Positions 1-10,641 of a stretch of 64,000 nt of DNA are shown one piece after another. Position numbers and translations under genes: made by a program. Below the pieces are notes generated by a model. It was not told where the DNA came from and did no database searches. It saw nothing but the letters and a program-made list of their open reading frames with translations. Positions within the stretch are counted from its first letter, which is position 1. Each line of letters begins with the position of its first letter. Location: NCBI GenBank assembly GCA_963802185.1, contig CAWDHU010000008.1:12359-76358 (forward strand). The letters are read 5' to 3'. Source of the stretch: an uncultured Bacteroidales bacterium (GTDB taxonomy: Bacteria; Bacteroidota; Bacteroidia; Bacteroidales; UBA4417).

Positions 1-2
1 AT

Positions 3-188
3 TCCATCTCGGCAGGCAATTCAAAAACAGCATTTGCAATCAATTCGTCTACGGGCGAAATTACAGTCAATAACAAGTATGCGTTCAGGTATTACAGATC
101 CAAAACATTTCAACTTACTGTGACTGCCAAAGATAACAGCACGCCTGCGCTCAGCAGCCAGGCTACCATTACCATAAACGTACATTAA
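3..188 (+). CDS. cadherin-like repeat protein, C-terminal fragment (5' end outside window)
   Basis: Frame 3 is open from the window edge to TAA at 186-188 (61 codons, below the ORF-track cutoff). The translation SISAGNSKTAFAINSSTGEITVNNKYAFRYYRSKTFQLTVTAKDNSTPALSSQATITINVH follows the cadherin-repeat pattern (F.I....G.I.V ... L.V.A.D...P.LS....V.I.V). Confidence 0.55.
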   Translation, partial: SISAGNSKTAFAINSSTGEITVNNKYAFRYYRSKTFQLTVTAKDNSTPALSSQATITINVH

Positions 189-426
189 ACCCCGAGATAT
201 AGCTTACCAAGAAATCAAGAAACAAAACAGCTTAAAATAAGTGAAAATAATTATTCATTTATTTGATTTTTTGCTTATCTTTGTCATTCAGAAAATGGGT
301 AAAAAAAGATCGAAAATAAGTCCCACCCATAACCTAAGCTTATTATATTTGAATAGCTGAAAGCCTATTGGATAAAGGGATTGCTGAAATAAAGCACTCT
401 CTATCGACATCACCCTAAGGGGCTGA

Positions 427-456
427 AGGACTGGATTTACTTCCGGTCCTTTTTTT
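427..456 (+). terminator. intrinsic terminator-like hairpin plus T-run with no adjacent + strand gene
   Basis: AGGACTGG (427-434) pairs with CCGGTCCT (443-450): 8 bp including one G-U, with an 8-nt loop. It is followed directly by TTTTTT (451-456). On the minus strand no T-run follows the hairpin. Confidence 0.5.
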
Positions 457-663
457 GTTTCCCGGGGTGTGGATTTTTTCAGCACGAACCAATCGAAGGC
501 AACACGGCAACCTACAAACTCAAATCGGTGTAAGTCATTGCAAGGTGGAACGCCGATGCAATCCTGGTATTATGCTGTAACCATTCTTAGCACATTTCCA
601 CTTCTCTGGCCGATTGGCTCAAACAACAACGCGTATATCCTTCGCAATACGATAAAATGAAAA

Positions 664-1038
664 CTATATTAAGTTATTATCAATCAATAATGTGCTTAAC
701 CCATTAAAGCTAAAGGGCTTTTGCGTGTACCCATCCATCCCGGCTTTAAAGATTAGAACTTTATCAGGATTTGTTGTTATAGCTATAATGGAGGTATGTC
801 CTTTTTCAGGATAATCAGTTTCTATTTTCCGGATTTCTTTTGCTGCCTGCAGGCCATCCATTTCAGGCATTTGAATATCCATAAGAATAAGATCATATTT
901 TTTATCCTTGAATCTGCTTACAGCTTCAATCCCGTTATTTGCAACTTCCACTTCATGTCCATACCTATTCAGGTAGAACGCTGTTACCTTTTGACTTAAT
1001 TCATCATCTTCAACCAGCAAGATATTAAGTTTTCTCAT
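664..1038 (-). CDS. stand-alone response regulator receiver (CheY-like) protein
   Basis: 124 aa. ILLVEDD...DLILMDIQMPEMDGLQAAKEIRK...IIAITT...KAGMDGYTQKP shows the classic receiver-domain acidic pocket, phospho-Asp and conserved Lys positions. No output domain. Confidence 0.9.
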   Translation of the reverse strand: MRKLNILLVEDDELSQKVTAFYLNRYGHEVEVANNGIEAVSRFKDKKYDLILMDIQMPEMDGLQAAKEIRKIETDYPEKGHTSIIAITTNPDKVLIFKAGMDGYTQKPFSFNGLSTLLIDNNLI

Positions 1039-1797
1039 CGGACCATAATTCTGATAATATCACATTTGTGTTTTATGTCATAAAAAGCGGTAGGTGCCTG
1101 CTTAATTCATATACTTCTTATAAACGATGGTTTCCATTTTAAAGTGTAGATTACATCCCCTAACTTTCTGCAACAAAGCGATAAGATTATTATTTCCGAT
1201 TTAATCTTATAACAGATTTTATTAAAATCAGTTGATAAAAGATTGTAACTAATATCCACTATATGATACTAACAAACAAAAAGTGAAAATGTTAGGAAAG
1301 AGAGTAAGAAGCTGGCTAAAAATTTATTAATCCATATCATTCCTATCTGCCCGAAATACCTTTACCAATATAATACTCGAATTAAGTGGTTTTATTGCAG
1401 CATTTTTTAAAAATTTTGGCAAAACAAAAATACAGAATACGAAGATTAATGTCAAACTACCGGGCTGTTTAAATTGGATTGTGATTGGATTGATATACTT
1501 GATGTTTTACTTAAAGTTTTTCTACCCTTCTTCATTTTTTACAACAAAGGCTTCATAAATATAACAAACCTTAAGGAGGACTGGTTATCCAGGATAAACT
1601 TATAACAAGGCTTACCGAAATCGAATAGGGAGACTTTAAAGTAAAAAAAGTAAAATCAGATATTTAAAAGTATGCATCGTTTGCTTGCATCAAATTTTAT
1701 GATGCCTGCAGGATTATAGAATTTAACTTCACCTAAATTTATTTCTCTCAATCTATACAAATTACACTTTTTTATTATATATTTGCCATCTATTGTC

Positions 1798-2163
1798 ATG
1801 TCATTATATTTCATGCCTTATATACGCAACAAACCATCTCTTGGAGCCATCTTCCGCCATAAGCGTGAAGAAAAAGGCTTATTAATTCGTCAGGTCGCCG
1901 CAGTCACAGAAATGGATCAGGCTTTAGTAAGCCGCATTGAAAATGGGGACCGCCTACCAACCAAAGAACAATTAAATAAACTAGCCGTACTTTATGCTCT
2001 CAATCTAAAAGATATATATTCCACCTGGCTTGCAGAAAGAATGATCCGTGATTACGGCAACGAGCCTTATGCACCCGAGGCTTTTCGTGAAGCCCACGAC
2101 CAGCTCATCTACAGTATGAGGTCTGTAGCCGGACCACAAGATGATTTTTTTTCTACTGATTAA
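1798..2163 (+). CDS. XRE/Cro-C1 family helix-turn-helix transcriptional regulator
   Basis: LGAIFRHKREEKGLLIRQVAAVTEMDQALVSRIENGDRLPTKEQLNKLAVLY is a typical HTH_3 motif. The track ORF starts at TTG 1783; the first ATGs are at 1798 and 1813, so the start is uncertain. Confidence 0.8.
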   Translation: MSLYFMPYIRNKPSLGAIFRHKREEKGLLIRQVAAVTEMDQALVSRIENGDRLPTKEQLNKLAVLYALNLKDIYSTWLAERMIRDYGNEPYAPEAFREAHDQLIYSMRSVAGPQDDFFSTD

Positions 2164-2715
2164 TCCGGCAGCCTTGATAAAAGTAATTCAGGCTTTTCTC
2201 CCCATTCTATTTTATTGATTTTTTATCTATAATGGTATGACAACCAGCAAAATTTACATCCTTATTATTCTTGATGATAGTGTATCACTTCCATCAATTT
2301 AAACAACGACCCATTACGGTTTCATTGAGGTAAACAGGACAATTAAAGACATTGGTAAACTATTACCTGAACAGGAATACTATATTCCTTTTGAGTCATT
2401 TTATAGTCTAGCTAGAAAATCTATTCCTGGCAAAGTTCCTGTCGAAAGTCTTCATATTTTAGATTTTTTATACACATCCGGATTCCGGCACCATTGTATA
2501 GCACAATTGTATTAAGTGTATTAAAACTCAAAATTGATATCGCGGCTATTGAAAACGTTTACGTATTATAACCCAACCATGCGGATGCGGAATAAAAATA
2601 CATCCAGGCAACTCAATTACGCCCAGGCTAATAGCATAATTGCAGAACAGAAAACACAAAGAAAACAACTGATAAAGCAGGATCAAACCAGTATCGCATA
2701 AAAGCACTCCCATTA

Positions 2716-3069
2716 TCAGTCATGTTTTACCTTACTCTTCCTTTTCCAATTAATAAGGTAAACACCTGCCAGGATAATGCCCATAAAGATAAGATGGAGA
2801 AGAGTCACTTTTTCGCCATAAAGGACACCCCATATAATAGCAAATATGGGAATGATATACGTTACTGATGATGCTCCGACAGGAGATGAATACCGAATGA
2901 GGCTATTCATCAGCAACATGGCAAATGCGGAACCAACAATGCCTAGTGTAGCCAGCGCCAGTAAATGAATCGGCCATCCCGGATTTGCCAGGCCGGGTAC
3001 GAAAATAGTCGTAAACAGGTAAATCAATACTACCGGGCCAATAAACAGGAACGAAAATGATGTAACCTG
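2716..3069 (-). pseudogene. 5'-truncated paralogous copy of the EamA/DMT transporter gene at 8063-8998
   Basis: The sequence from about 2745 to 3068 aligns colinearly by eye with about 8127-8455 at roughly 90% nucleotide identity. Encoded VTSFSFLFIGPVVLIYLFTT..GWPIHLLALATLGIVGSAFAMLLMNSLIRYSSPVGASSVTYIIPIFAIIWGVLYGEKVTLLHLIFMGIILAGVYLINWK matches the last ~115 aa of the 311-aa protein. Homology stops abruptly at about 3069 (AAAAAAAA tract), and there are no N-terminal TM helices. Confidence 0.8.
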
Positions 3070-3377
3070 ATTTTTTTTGAATTTACATGGATAAACACAT
3101 TCCAGTTATTAGCCAAGTAACGCCATTTGTCTAATAAACATATAACTCTGAAAACTTACAAGGAAATGAGATTTTCGTAATTTTGAATGCATCTGCAATA
3201 TTGATGTAAAGAACTTCACAAAATCCCAGGATGTAAGAGCTGAAAATTGCACTGCTTTCTTTTTCTCGTAACTATCTATATCAATACTTAGTTTATTAAA
3301 ATATTTAAGCTATATAAATATTACTTGAGCATATGTCTTTATTAAGTTACAATATCAATAACCTTGATTGTTATTAG

Positions 3378-6300
3378 TTATTTCAGTTTTATTAGTTTTC
3401 TTTCCTGAATATCGTTTTTAACATGCATCCTAATTAAATAAATACCTTCCGGCAGATTGGAAATATTTATAGCTGATTGATTCATTGAGGAATGAACCAG
3501 TTTCCCCATACTATCTATAATTTCAACTTTTGAAACATGATTTGATGAAGAACTAATATTTATAATATCAGAGGCTGGATTCGGATAGATAATCAGAGAT
3601 TCTTTAGCGGATTCTTCTATGCCTACCACACTACAAGTAGGATCAAACGCAATCCCGGGACTGCCTGAGAAGCATGACTTCGTCCAGTTGCTTCCTTCAT
3701 TTAAATCAGTTTTTATTTGAATTAGTTGTAGCGAATATCCTTGACCATCAGGTGCCTTAGGGAAAGGTGCATTGTCGTCATAACAAACAGAAAGATTTAA
3801 TTCGCCATTTGAATCATAAATTCGTATCACATCACCACTGCCATCAAATCCAAAATTAGTAGGTCCGACTTTATTTAGAACATCTGGAAACAGAGCAACA
3901 AATTTTGCTGAATTCTGATACACTACAAGGTATCCATCCGGAGGAATGGTGATTCCTGCAGGAATGGTGAATGAATTATCTTTCTTGTCTGTAATTCTCC
4001 AGCCGGATATGTCAATTGGCAAAGTTGAAATATTCCTTAGTTCAATCCAATCACCTGCGTCATAAGTAGCTGATGATTTATAATTTATTTCATCAGGTAT
4101 CAGTTGCTCGTCACACAAGCTGAAAGCTACACCGGGAGACCCTTTCATGCATCCATCGAACCATGATTGTGCCAAATTTGGATCGGCATCATCATTTTTA
4201 AGTTCCAATGTTCTTCCATAACCATCAGGAGTGGTTCTCCATGGTGCAAGATCAGAATAAGTAAATGATTTCACCAGTTGGTTTTGGGAATTGAATAGCG
4301 AAATGCTTTCTCCGCTGTTACTGAAATTAAAGCCCAGGTTACCCAATACATTTTTTACTAATGAGTTTTGAGTGCGGAATTTAACAGTATCATCAGCCAA
4401 TACCAGATATGAGTCAGCGGGGATAACTGTTCCGGATGGAATGAGATACTGATTATAAAAATTCTGATCTTGTAATTTCCAGTCGGATATATCAATTGGA
4501 GAAGAGGTTGCATTCTTTATTTCAACCCAGTCACCTGCATCTAATGTGCTGTCGCTGTTATAATTCAGTTCAGAAAAAATAATATTACCAGAAATTGGTG
4601 AGCCGGCAAAATTTGCAGTGAAGTTAGTATTACTTGATATATTATTAGTAAAAGTAGCCGTAGTCAATGAATTGATAAAAGCATTTTCATCCCAATCAAC
4701 AAAGGAATAGCCCGGCCTGGCGACAGCAGTAATTTTTACAGGATTTCCATTAAAATAAATGCCTGTCCAGGGTAATGAATCAGGAATAATAGAAGAGATT
4801 TTAATATAGCCGGCATTGGCAGGATTTACATTTAGCGTAATATTAACCTTTCCATTGAGTGAAAAATAATTCTGAATATGCGAACGAAGTATATTGGGTC
4901 TCGCTGCATGAAAGTTCTTTAGATGCTGCACCTCGCTTAACCAGGCAACCGAATCCAGGGAATTCCATCTGTTTGCTTGCGCATTTATTTCTGGGGCGAT
5001 TTCAGTTACGTTGTCATCAATAATCTTATTAATATTATTATTTGTCCATTGATAGTTAAGTAAATCACAAAACCTGTTGATAAAGTAATTCTTGAAAGAC
5101 GAATTTTTTAACAGTGAATTCATCATATCAGTATATGGATTAGGAGTATATGGATTTGCCAGAGTGTTATACAATAAGTCATCGGTAACATTTCCTTCAA
5201 CCCCCTGTGAATCTGAAACATCCCATAATATATATTTCCATTTAATCTTTGAGGAATAATCACTTGCTATCCGGGTGTTATTGTACCAATAACTGGGGAA
5301 CCAATCAATATTATTAGAATAAATTTCTGCTGCAAAATAATCGACCCAGTTCTTATAATCTATTAAGTCGGATGCTTGATTAAACATTATACTATCACTT
5401 AAATCATTATTAATCAGATAACTGTTCATTGAATTAAATGATGTTTCACCTCCTTCTTCGATTACAAAAGGGTCAGGATAACTGGATAATATCATATCAA
5501 CACTATCTTTTTGAGCTCCAAGATTATCTCTCATAAAATATTTATCCAACAATTCGCGTGCGGCATAATGCCCCCAATATTCTCCATTAATAAATACTGC
5601 TACATGTTGATATGCAGCAGCTTCAGAATACGTTTTTAAAGACATCTGGTTAACAACAATATCTCTCATGCGAGTGCTTCCCCAATCATCATCCATGCTT
5701 CTGACTCTGAATCCATGAGAAGCACCCAACCCCGGTTTATCGTTTGAAAAAATATTGTAGCTTACATCTCCGCTTGCACCATAATCTTCGTCGTAAACAA
5801 ACTGGATTGACTTTTGGGGGAAATCCAAAGAATAACCTCCTACCGGAGCAAAACTCGCCGCACTGGTGAATTGGATTTGATGATTCTTATCAAAGTATTG
5901 AATGGTGCAGGATGCTTTATTTGTTTTATGATATGCGGCTGCACTATCATAAACTGCTAGTCCCCCTGTACCATCAATAAATAAATTCCTGGGCACTGCA
6001 ACAATGCTTACAATCGGAAGTGTGGTTGGTTCATTGATTAAATAGGTTTTTGTTACAACTTTACTTGGCAATTTGCCTGGTTCAAAACTTTGTGCTCGTA
6101 AAGACGTTGTTGAGTTCAGGTTAATTGAAGATGTATAGGGAAGCATTGTTGAATCCGGATCAGCACCATTCAACGTGTAATGAATGTTGGTTCCTGTCAT
6201 TGATAAAGTTGCACTGCTTTCAAAATATCCCGATTCCGGAAATACTACCGGGGCAAAAGAATATGAAGTGTAGCAAATACCTGTATTCGCTGCATCAGGC

Positions 6301-7460
6301 GTTGGTGTATTTGTGAAACACCATTGGCCACCATCATTTATTCTTGCTCTTGAGTGACCAACTTCAACATCTACCGTTACGCTATCCTGTAGTACACCTG
6401 TCGAATTATATAGGGAAATTCTTTCGCCATTACTTATCTTAAAATTAGTATGAAATTTTGAGCTGCTATTTAGTGATGGAGAAATAAACCACGATGGATT
6501 AGGACCAAAAAAAACATTGTTATTTCTAATACCAAAGTGTAACCAGGTTCTTCCCGTCATATCACCGGAAGTATTATAAAAGTTATGGATCTCAATAGAT
6601 AATTTGTTGGTCCCAGACTTAAGCAACGATTGAAGAGTGTTATAATCAATTACAAATTTTTCAGGAATGCCTCCTCTATATAAAAAAGCTTCATGTTCTG
6701 AATCGGTAATTTTAGTATTACTGGTAGGGCCAGATATACCTGCACGTGCTATTTCGGTTCCGTTTAAATATGCAATAAACCCGTCATCATAATCCATACT
6801 TAGTATACAACCAACAAGATCGGCTTTATTAATCACCGTAAAATATTTTTCATAATATTCGCTTACAGTACCAACCGGAACCAGAGTGTTATCGTCACCG
6901 TCGCCATATCCAAAACCACCTTTCCCGCTAAGCCACGAAGAATTATCTGTATTTACTTTATTCCAGTCTGGATCGGGATTGGTGTCTCCGATAAAATACT
7001 TCCAGTAATTGGAATCGTACAAAGCCGTTTCCCAATGATTGACGAGTAAACTATCGGGAATGAATCCGTTTCTATTTTTTCCTGAAGCAAAAATCAATAA
7101 TCTCTCTCCGGCATTCAAATCAATAGAGGGTAATTGCCACTTATTCCAAGTATTGTTATCTGTTACTCCCCATGCATTTAAATTCACCGTATTTATTCCA
7201 GCATTATAAAGCTCAATCCAGTCAGGATAATCACCGTCTTCGTCAGCATAGAATTTCGGATTAGTTGATACTGATTCATTTATTACTACCTGAGCATTTG
7301 TTCCTGAAATGGAAAATATAACAAGCAAGGAGACTACTAAAATTTTTAGACTATTTAATCCCTTTGTGAATCTTGAAATTCCAAAATGGATTGAGCGCAA
7401 TTTAAAAAAATTGTCTGCTTTTATTTTTATAAATTTTATGGGTGATGTGGCAATCTTCAT
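3378..7460 (-). CDS. CotH kinase-family protein with lamin-tail (LTD) domains and a T9SS C-terminal sorting domain
   Basis: 1360 aa with an N-terminal signal-like segment (LKILVVSLLVIFSISGTNAQ). LTD-type segments: YPDWIELYNAG..VNLNAWGVTDN; DAGDWVEIKNATSSPIDISDWKLQD; DAGDWIELRNISTLPIDISGWRITD. Central CotH-like region: FRVRSMDDDWGSTRMRDIVVNQ..VAVFINGEYWGHYAARELLDKYF. C-terminus: IIYPNPASDIINIS...NLPEGIYLIRMH (Por_Secre_tail type). Confidence 0.85.
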   Translation of the reverse strand: MKIATSPIKFIKIKADNFFKLRSIHFGISRFTKGLNSLKILVVSLLVIFSISGTNAQVVINESVSTNPKFYADEDGDYPDWIELYNAGINTVNLNAWGVTDNNTWNKWQLPSIDLNAGERLLIFASGKNRNGFIPDSLLVNHWETALYDSNYWKYFIGDTNPDPDWNKVNTDNSSWLSGKGGFGYGDGDDNTLVPVGTVSEYYEKYFTVINKADLVGCILSMDYDDGFIAYLNGTEIARAGISGPTSNTKITDSEHEAFLYRGGIPEKFVIDYNTLQSLLKSGTNKLSIEIHNFYNTSGDMTGRTWLHFGIRNNNVFFGPNPSWFISPSLNSSSKFHTNFKISNGERISLYNSTGVLQDSVTVDVEVGHSRARINDGGQWCFTNTPTPDAANTGICYTSYSFAPVVFPESGYFESSATLSMTGTNIHYTLNGADPDSTMLPYTSSINLNSTTSLRAQSFEPGKLPSKVVTKTYLINEPTTLPIVSIVAVPRNLFIDGTGGLAVYDSAAAYHKTNKASCTIQYFDKNHQIQFTSAASFAPVGGYSLDFPQKSIQFVYDEDYGASGDVSYNIFSNDKPGLGASHGFRVRSMDDDWGSTRMRDIVVNQMSLKTYSEAAAYQHVAVFINGEYWGHYAARELLDKYFMRDNLGAQKDSVDMILSSYPDPFVIEEGGETSFNSMNSYLINNDLSDSIMFNQASDLIDYKNWVDYFAAEIYSNNIDWFPSYWYNNTRIASDYSSKIKWKYILWDVSDSQGVEGNVTDDLLYNTLANPYTPNPYTDMMNSLLKNSSFKNYFINRFCDLLNYQWTNNNINKIIDDNVTEIAPEINAQANRWNSLDSVAWLSEVQHLKNFHAARPNILRSHIQNYFSLNGKVNITLNVNPANAGYIKISSIIPDSLPWTGIYFNGNPVKITAVARPGYSFVDWDENAFINSLTTATFTNNISSNTNFTANFAGSPISGNIIFSELNYNSDSTLDAGDWVEIKNATSSPIDISDWKLQDQNFYNQYLIPSGTVIPADSYLVLADDTVKFRTQNSLVKNVLGNLGFNFSNSGESISLFNSQNQLVKSFTYSDLAPWRTTPDGYGRTLELKNDDADPNLAQSWFDGCMKGSPGVAFSLCDEQLIPDEINYKSSATYDAGDWIELRNISTLPIDISGWRITDKKDNSFTIPAGITIPPDGYLVVYQNSAKFVALFPDVLNKVGPTNFGFDGSGDVIRIYDSNGELNLSVCYDDNAPFPKAPDGQGYSLQLIQIKTDLNEGSNWTKSCFSGSPGIAFDPTCSVVGIEESAKESLIIYPNPASDIINISSSSNHVSKVEIIDSMGKLVHSSMNQSAINISNLPEGIYLIRMHVKNDIQERKLIKLK

Positions 7461-8062
7461 ATAAAATTTCTATTATAAGTGTTAATTTCAGAAATATAGA
7501 AAAAGTACGGTAAAGAGTTTAAAGTATTAACTTTTATAACTTCAGGAATATCTATACTTTTACTTTCTATCAATTTAGTTCATTACAACTATAATTTGAA
7601 CTTTTTGTTTAATTTAACGCAGGATTGTTTTTAAAAACTGGGTGCAAAAGTAAGCAAAAACCGCCTTTATCTATTTGCCCTTTCGACAATCAACAACAAA
7701 GGATACTTTCTATTGGTTCACTATTCCCTTTCTCTATCGTTGGGTCTGCAAATAAAATAAGTATTCTTTTAAATTAATTGATATTAATTGAAAAGGTAAC
7801 AATCTTAAAGTGAACAATCTTTACAAGGCATTTACCTCCACCCTTTTCATTCAGATATATTAATAAAACTTATGATAATTCAATTTTTTTTGCCATTCAA
7901 AGACTTTCTTTTGCCAATTTTCAATTCTATTAAATTCTCTAATTTGATTAAAAACGTGCCATGTAGATTCAAAACATCCATTTCAATTCCATTTCGTATT
8001 AGAATTAGATATTGAACCCACAATCAATCGCTGTTATTCCCAGACTATATTATCAAAATAAA

Positions 8063-8998
8063 TCAAGAGACCGTTTTATCCAAAGAATTATAATCATCCA
8101 TAGCAGGACTCTTAATTCTTTTTCTTTTTTTCCAATTGATAAGGTAAACACCTGCCAGGATAATGCCCATAAAGATTAGATGGAGCAGGGTCACTTTTTC
8201 GCCATAAAGGACACCCCATATAATAGCAAAAATAGGAATGATATACGTTACCGACGATGCTCCGACAGGAGAAGAATACCGGATGAGGCTATTCATTAGT
8301 AGCATGGCGAATGCAGAACCAACAATGCCTAGTGTAGCCAGTGCCAGCAAATGAATAGGCCATCCCGGATCTGCCAGAACCGGTGTAAAATTGGTAGTAA
8401 GCAGGTAAATCAACGCCACCGGACCAATAAACAGAAACGAAAATGATGTGACCTCAACACCTGTGAGGTGCGGAAGCTTTGATTTGATCTGATTGATGCT
8501 GATGGCATAGAAACAAGTAGCCACAACAATATATAAAGCATAGCTGTTAATGGTCCCCAGGTGAAATCCGTCACCGACCAAAATCAAGCCGGTAGCTCCT
8601 GCAAGTCCCAGTGACAAGCCCACAACCTGCATCCACCGGAACGCCATCCGGTGAAAAAGCAATCCGACAATCAAGGTAAAAACCGGTGTAAGGGAGTTGA
8701 GCATTCCGGCCAGTGAGCTATCGATGCGTGTTTCGGCTTTCATAAACATAAAAGCTGGGAAAAAACTGCCTATAAATCCAACTATTAACAGACTCTTCAA
8801 ATCCTTTGCCTGTAGCTTTTTAATGTGTTTGAGCGCGGTGGGCAACAATGCCAGCGATGCCAGCAAAATGCGAATAGCTCCGGCCTGGTTGCTGCTAAAA
8901 CTCTTCATCCCAATCTTCATTAAAATAAATGAGCTGCCCCAGATAAATGCCAGAATCATCAAAATCGTAAACTGAAACCAGCGTTTTGACCAAATCAT
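8063..8998 (-). CDS. EamA/DMT superfamily transporter
   Basis: 311 aa with about 10 hydrophobic helices in two EamA-like halves (FIWGSSFILMKIG... and ...NSLIRYSSPVGASSVTYIIPIFAIIWGVL). Confidence 0.9.
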   Translation of the reverse strand: MIWSKRWFQFTILMILAFIWGSSFILMKIGMKSFSSNQAGAIRILLASLALLPTALKHIKKLQAKDLKSLLIVGFIGSFFPAFMFMKAETRIDSSLAGMLNSLTPVFTLIVGLLFHRMAFRWMQVVGLSLGLAGATGLILVGDGFHLGTINSYALYIVVATCFYAISINQIKSKLPHLTGVEVTSFSFLFIGPVALIYLLTTNFTPVLADPGWPIHLLALATLGIVGSAFAMLLMNSLIRYSSPVGASSVTYIIPIFAIIWGVLYGEKVTLLHLIFMGIILAGVYLINWKKRKRIKSPAMDDYNSLDKTVS

Positions 8999-9539
8999 AT
9001 GTTGTAAATTTTAAAGGCCGAAAGATACTCCAAAAGTTTCAAGTGATAGTGGATTATAAATAATGCAATGAACTAACTGTTATTAGCCAGCAAAGTTCAA
9101 CTACTGACGAATCATTTATTAGCATGCTTTCCCAAAACGCCTATACGCTCTTTATGAAATTTAATTGCACTCTCACAACATTATAAGCTAATTTATTGAT
9201 AATATGTAGATAACAGTGAACATAACTGATAATTTACACGTTTGTATACTCATTCCACGTCAAAATAAATAAAACATTCTGTTGATAAGATCACGCCTTT
9301 TCCTGTTCTGAACTGAAAACTGGCTGCGCATACATTAAAAACAACTAATCAATATGCCCAAACAAGCATGAAATACTATTCTGTAAGCTAAGATTTTACT
9401 TAATATAAAACTTAACAACTCATTTATGATATCTTAAATTAACTTGCCTGATAATTTCGATGCCTGATCATTATCGAGTCATCCCGGAAACACTTAAAAC
9501 ATTATCTGAAATAAAAGTTTGAATAAAGAAATAACAGAC

Positions 9540-10616
9540 ATGGACACAGCTACCCCATTTGCACCATTCAGTTGCCAGTATACGCCTCAAATCCCTGATT
9601 TATTGCTGAAACTTAATTGCAGCATTGCAATTTCAACTTACCAGGCAGGCAAGTTGATTTTTATTTCCCCTAAAGATGAAGAAACGCTCATTCAATTGCC
9701 CAGAACCTTTGAGAAACCAATGGGTGTGGCTCAGGATAATAAAAGCGACAAACTCGCTTTAGCCTGTAAAGATGAGGTGATTGTATTTACAAATTCAAAA
9801 GATCTGGCGAATCATTATCCTAAATCGCCTGGTAAATATGACGCATTGTATATGCCTCGTATCACTTATCATACAGGTCCCTTGGATATACACGATTTAA
9901 GCTTTGGAGCGGACGGAGGTCTGTTTGCCGTAAATACTTTGTTTTCGTGCATTATTAAAATTAACAGTGATTATAATTTTAGTCCATATTGGACGCCACC
10001 ATTCATGGATAAAATAGTTTCCGAAGACAGGTGCCATCTTAACGGAATGGCAATGGAAGACGGGATTCCAAAATATGCAACCGCATTTAACCAGGGCAAC
10101 AGTTTCCAGAGCTGGCGCGAAAATATCACAAAAAGCGGGGTGATTTTTGACCTGGAATCAAATGAAGTTATTGTAGAAAACCTGGCAATGCCGCATACTC
10201 CAAGATTATTTGGCGGCGAGTTGTACACTCTTTTATCCGCCACCGGCGAGTTGATCAAGATTGACATCAATTCCGGAAAATATGATGTTGTGGTTAAATT
10301 AGATGGGTTTGTCAGGGGAATGTCCTTGTATAAGGATTATTTATTTATAGGGTTATCCAAATTACGTAAAAAATCTTCCACCTTCGGGAAACTCGACTTT
10401 GCAGAACAAGCGAATCAATCCGGGATTATGGTAATTCATCTGCCAACGGGTAGCATTGCCGGAAAAATTACCTACCTCACTTCATTGGATGAAATTTATG
10501 ATGTACATATTATTCCCGATAAAATACGCCCAAACATATTGAACACAATAACGCCCGACTATAAACTTGGCCTAATGACTCCAAGGGAAACATTTTGGGC
10601 AAAAGATAATTCCTAA
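9540..10616 (+). CDS. TIGR03032-like conserved protein of unknown function
   Basis: Motifs match my recollection of the invariant blocks of the uncharacterised TIGR03032 family: ISTYQAGKLIFISP, HDLSFGADGGLFAVNTLFSCI, SPYWTPPFMDKIVSEDRCHLNGMAMEDGIPKYATAF, MPHTPRLFGGELY, EIYDVHIIP. The track start 9519 is TTG; the first ATG is 9540. Confidence 0.7.
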   Translation: MDTATPFAPFSCQYTPQIPDLLLKLNCSIAISTYQAGKLIFISPKDEETLIQLPRTFEKPMGVAQDNKSDKLALACKDEVIVFTNSKDLANHYPKSPGKYDALYMPRITYHTGPLDIHDLSFGADGGLFAVNTLFSCIIKINSDYNFSPYWTPPFMDKIVSEDRCHLNGMAMEDGIPKYATAFNQGNSFQSWRENITKSGVIFDLESNEVIVENLAMPHTPRLFGGELYTLLSATGELIKIDINSGKYDVVVKLDGFVRGMSLYKDYLFIGLSKLRKKSSTFGKLDFAEQANQSGIMVIHLPTGSIAGKITYLTSLDEIYDVHIIPDKIRPNILNTITPDYKLGLMTPRETFWAKDNS

Positions 10617-10641
10617 ACCTATTATTAATTAAAAACAGACT

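Noticed and set aside
288-660. ORFs 288-485 (-) and 469-660 (+), and the idea that this spacer is tmRNA, RNase P RNA or SRP RNA
   Set aside because: The ORFs lack coding features. I could not find the conserved cores of tmRNA, RNase P or 4.5S/SRP RNA by eye. Only the terminator hairpin is reported, and any sRNA remains hypothetical.
2164-2715. Possible decayed partner gene downstream of the XRE regulator (for example an ImmA-like or toxin gene)
   Set aside because: Only short broken reading frames are present (for example ..NRTIKDIGKLLPEQEYYIPFESFYSLARKSIPGKVPVESLHILDFLYTSGFRHHCIAQLY*), and I recognise no motif in them. This cannot be supported without a database search.
3070-8062. Interpreting the CotH segment between the EamA copies as an integrative mobile element
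   Set aside because: No integrase, transposase, tRNA, terminal inverted repeats or short target duplications were seen. Only the duplicated gene fragment is reported.
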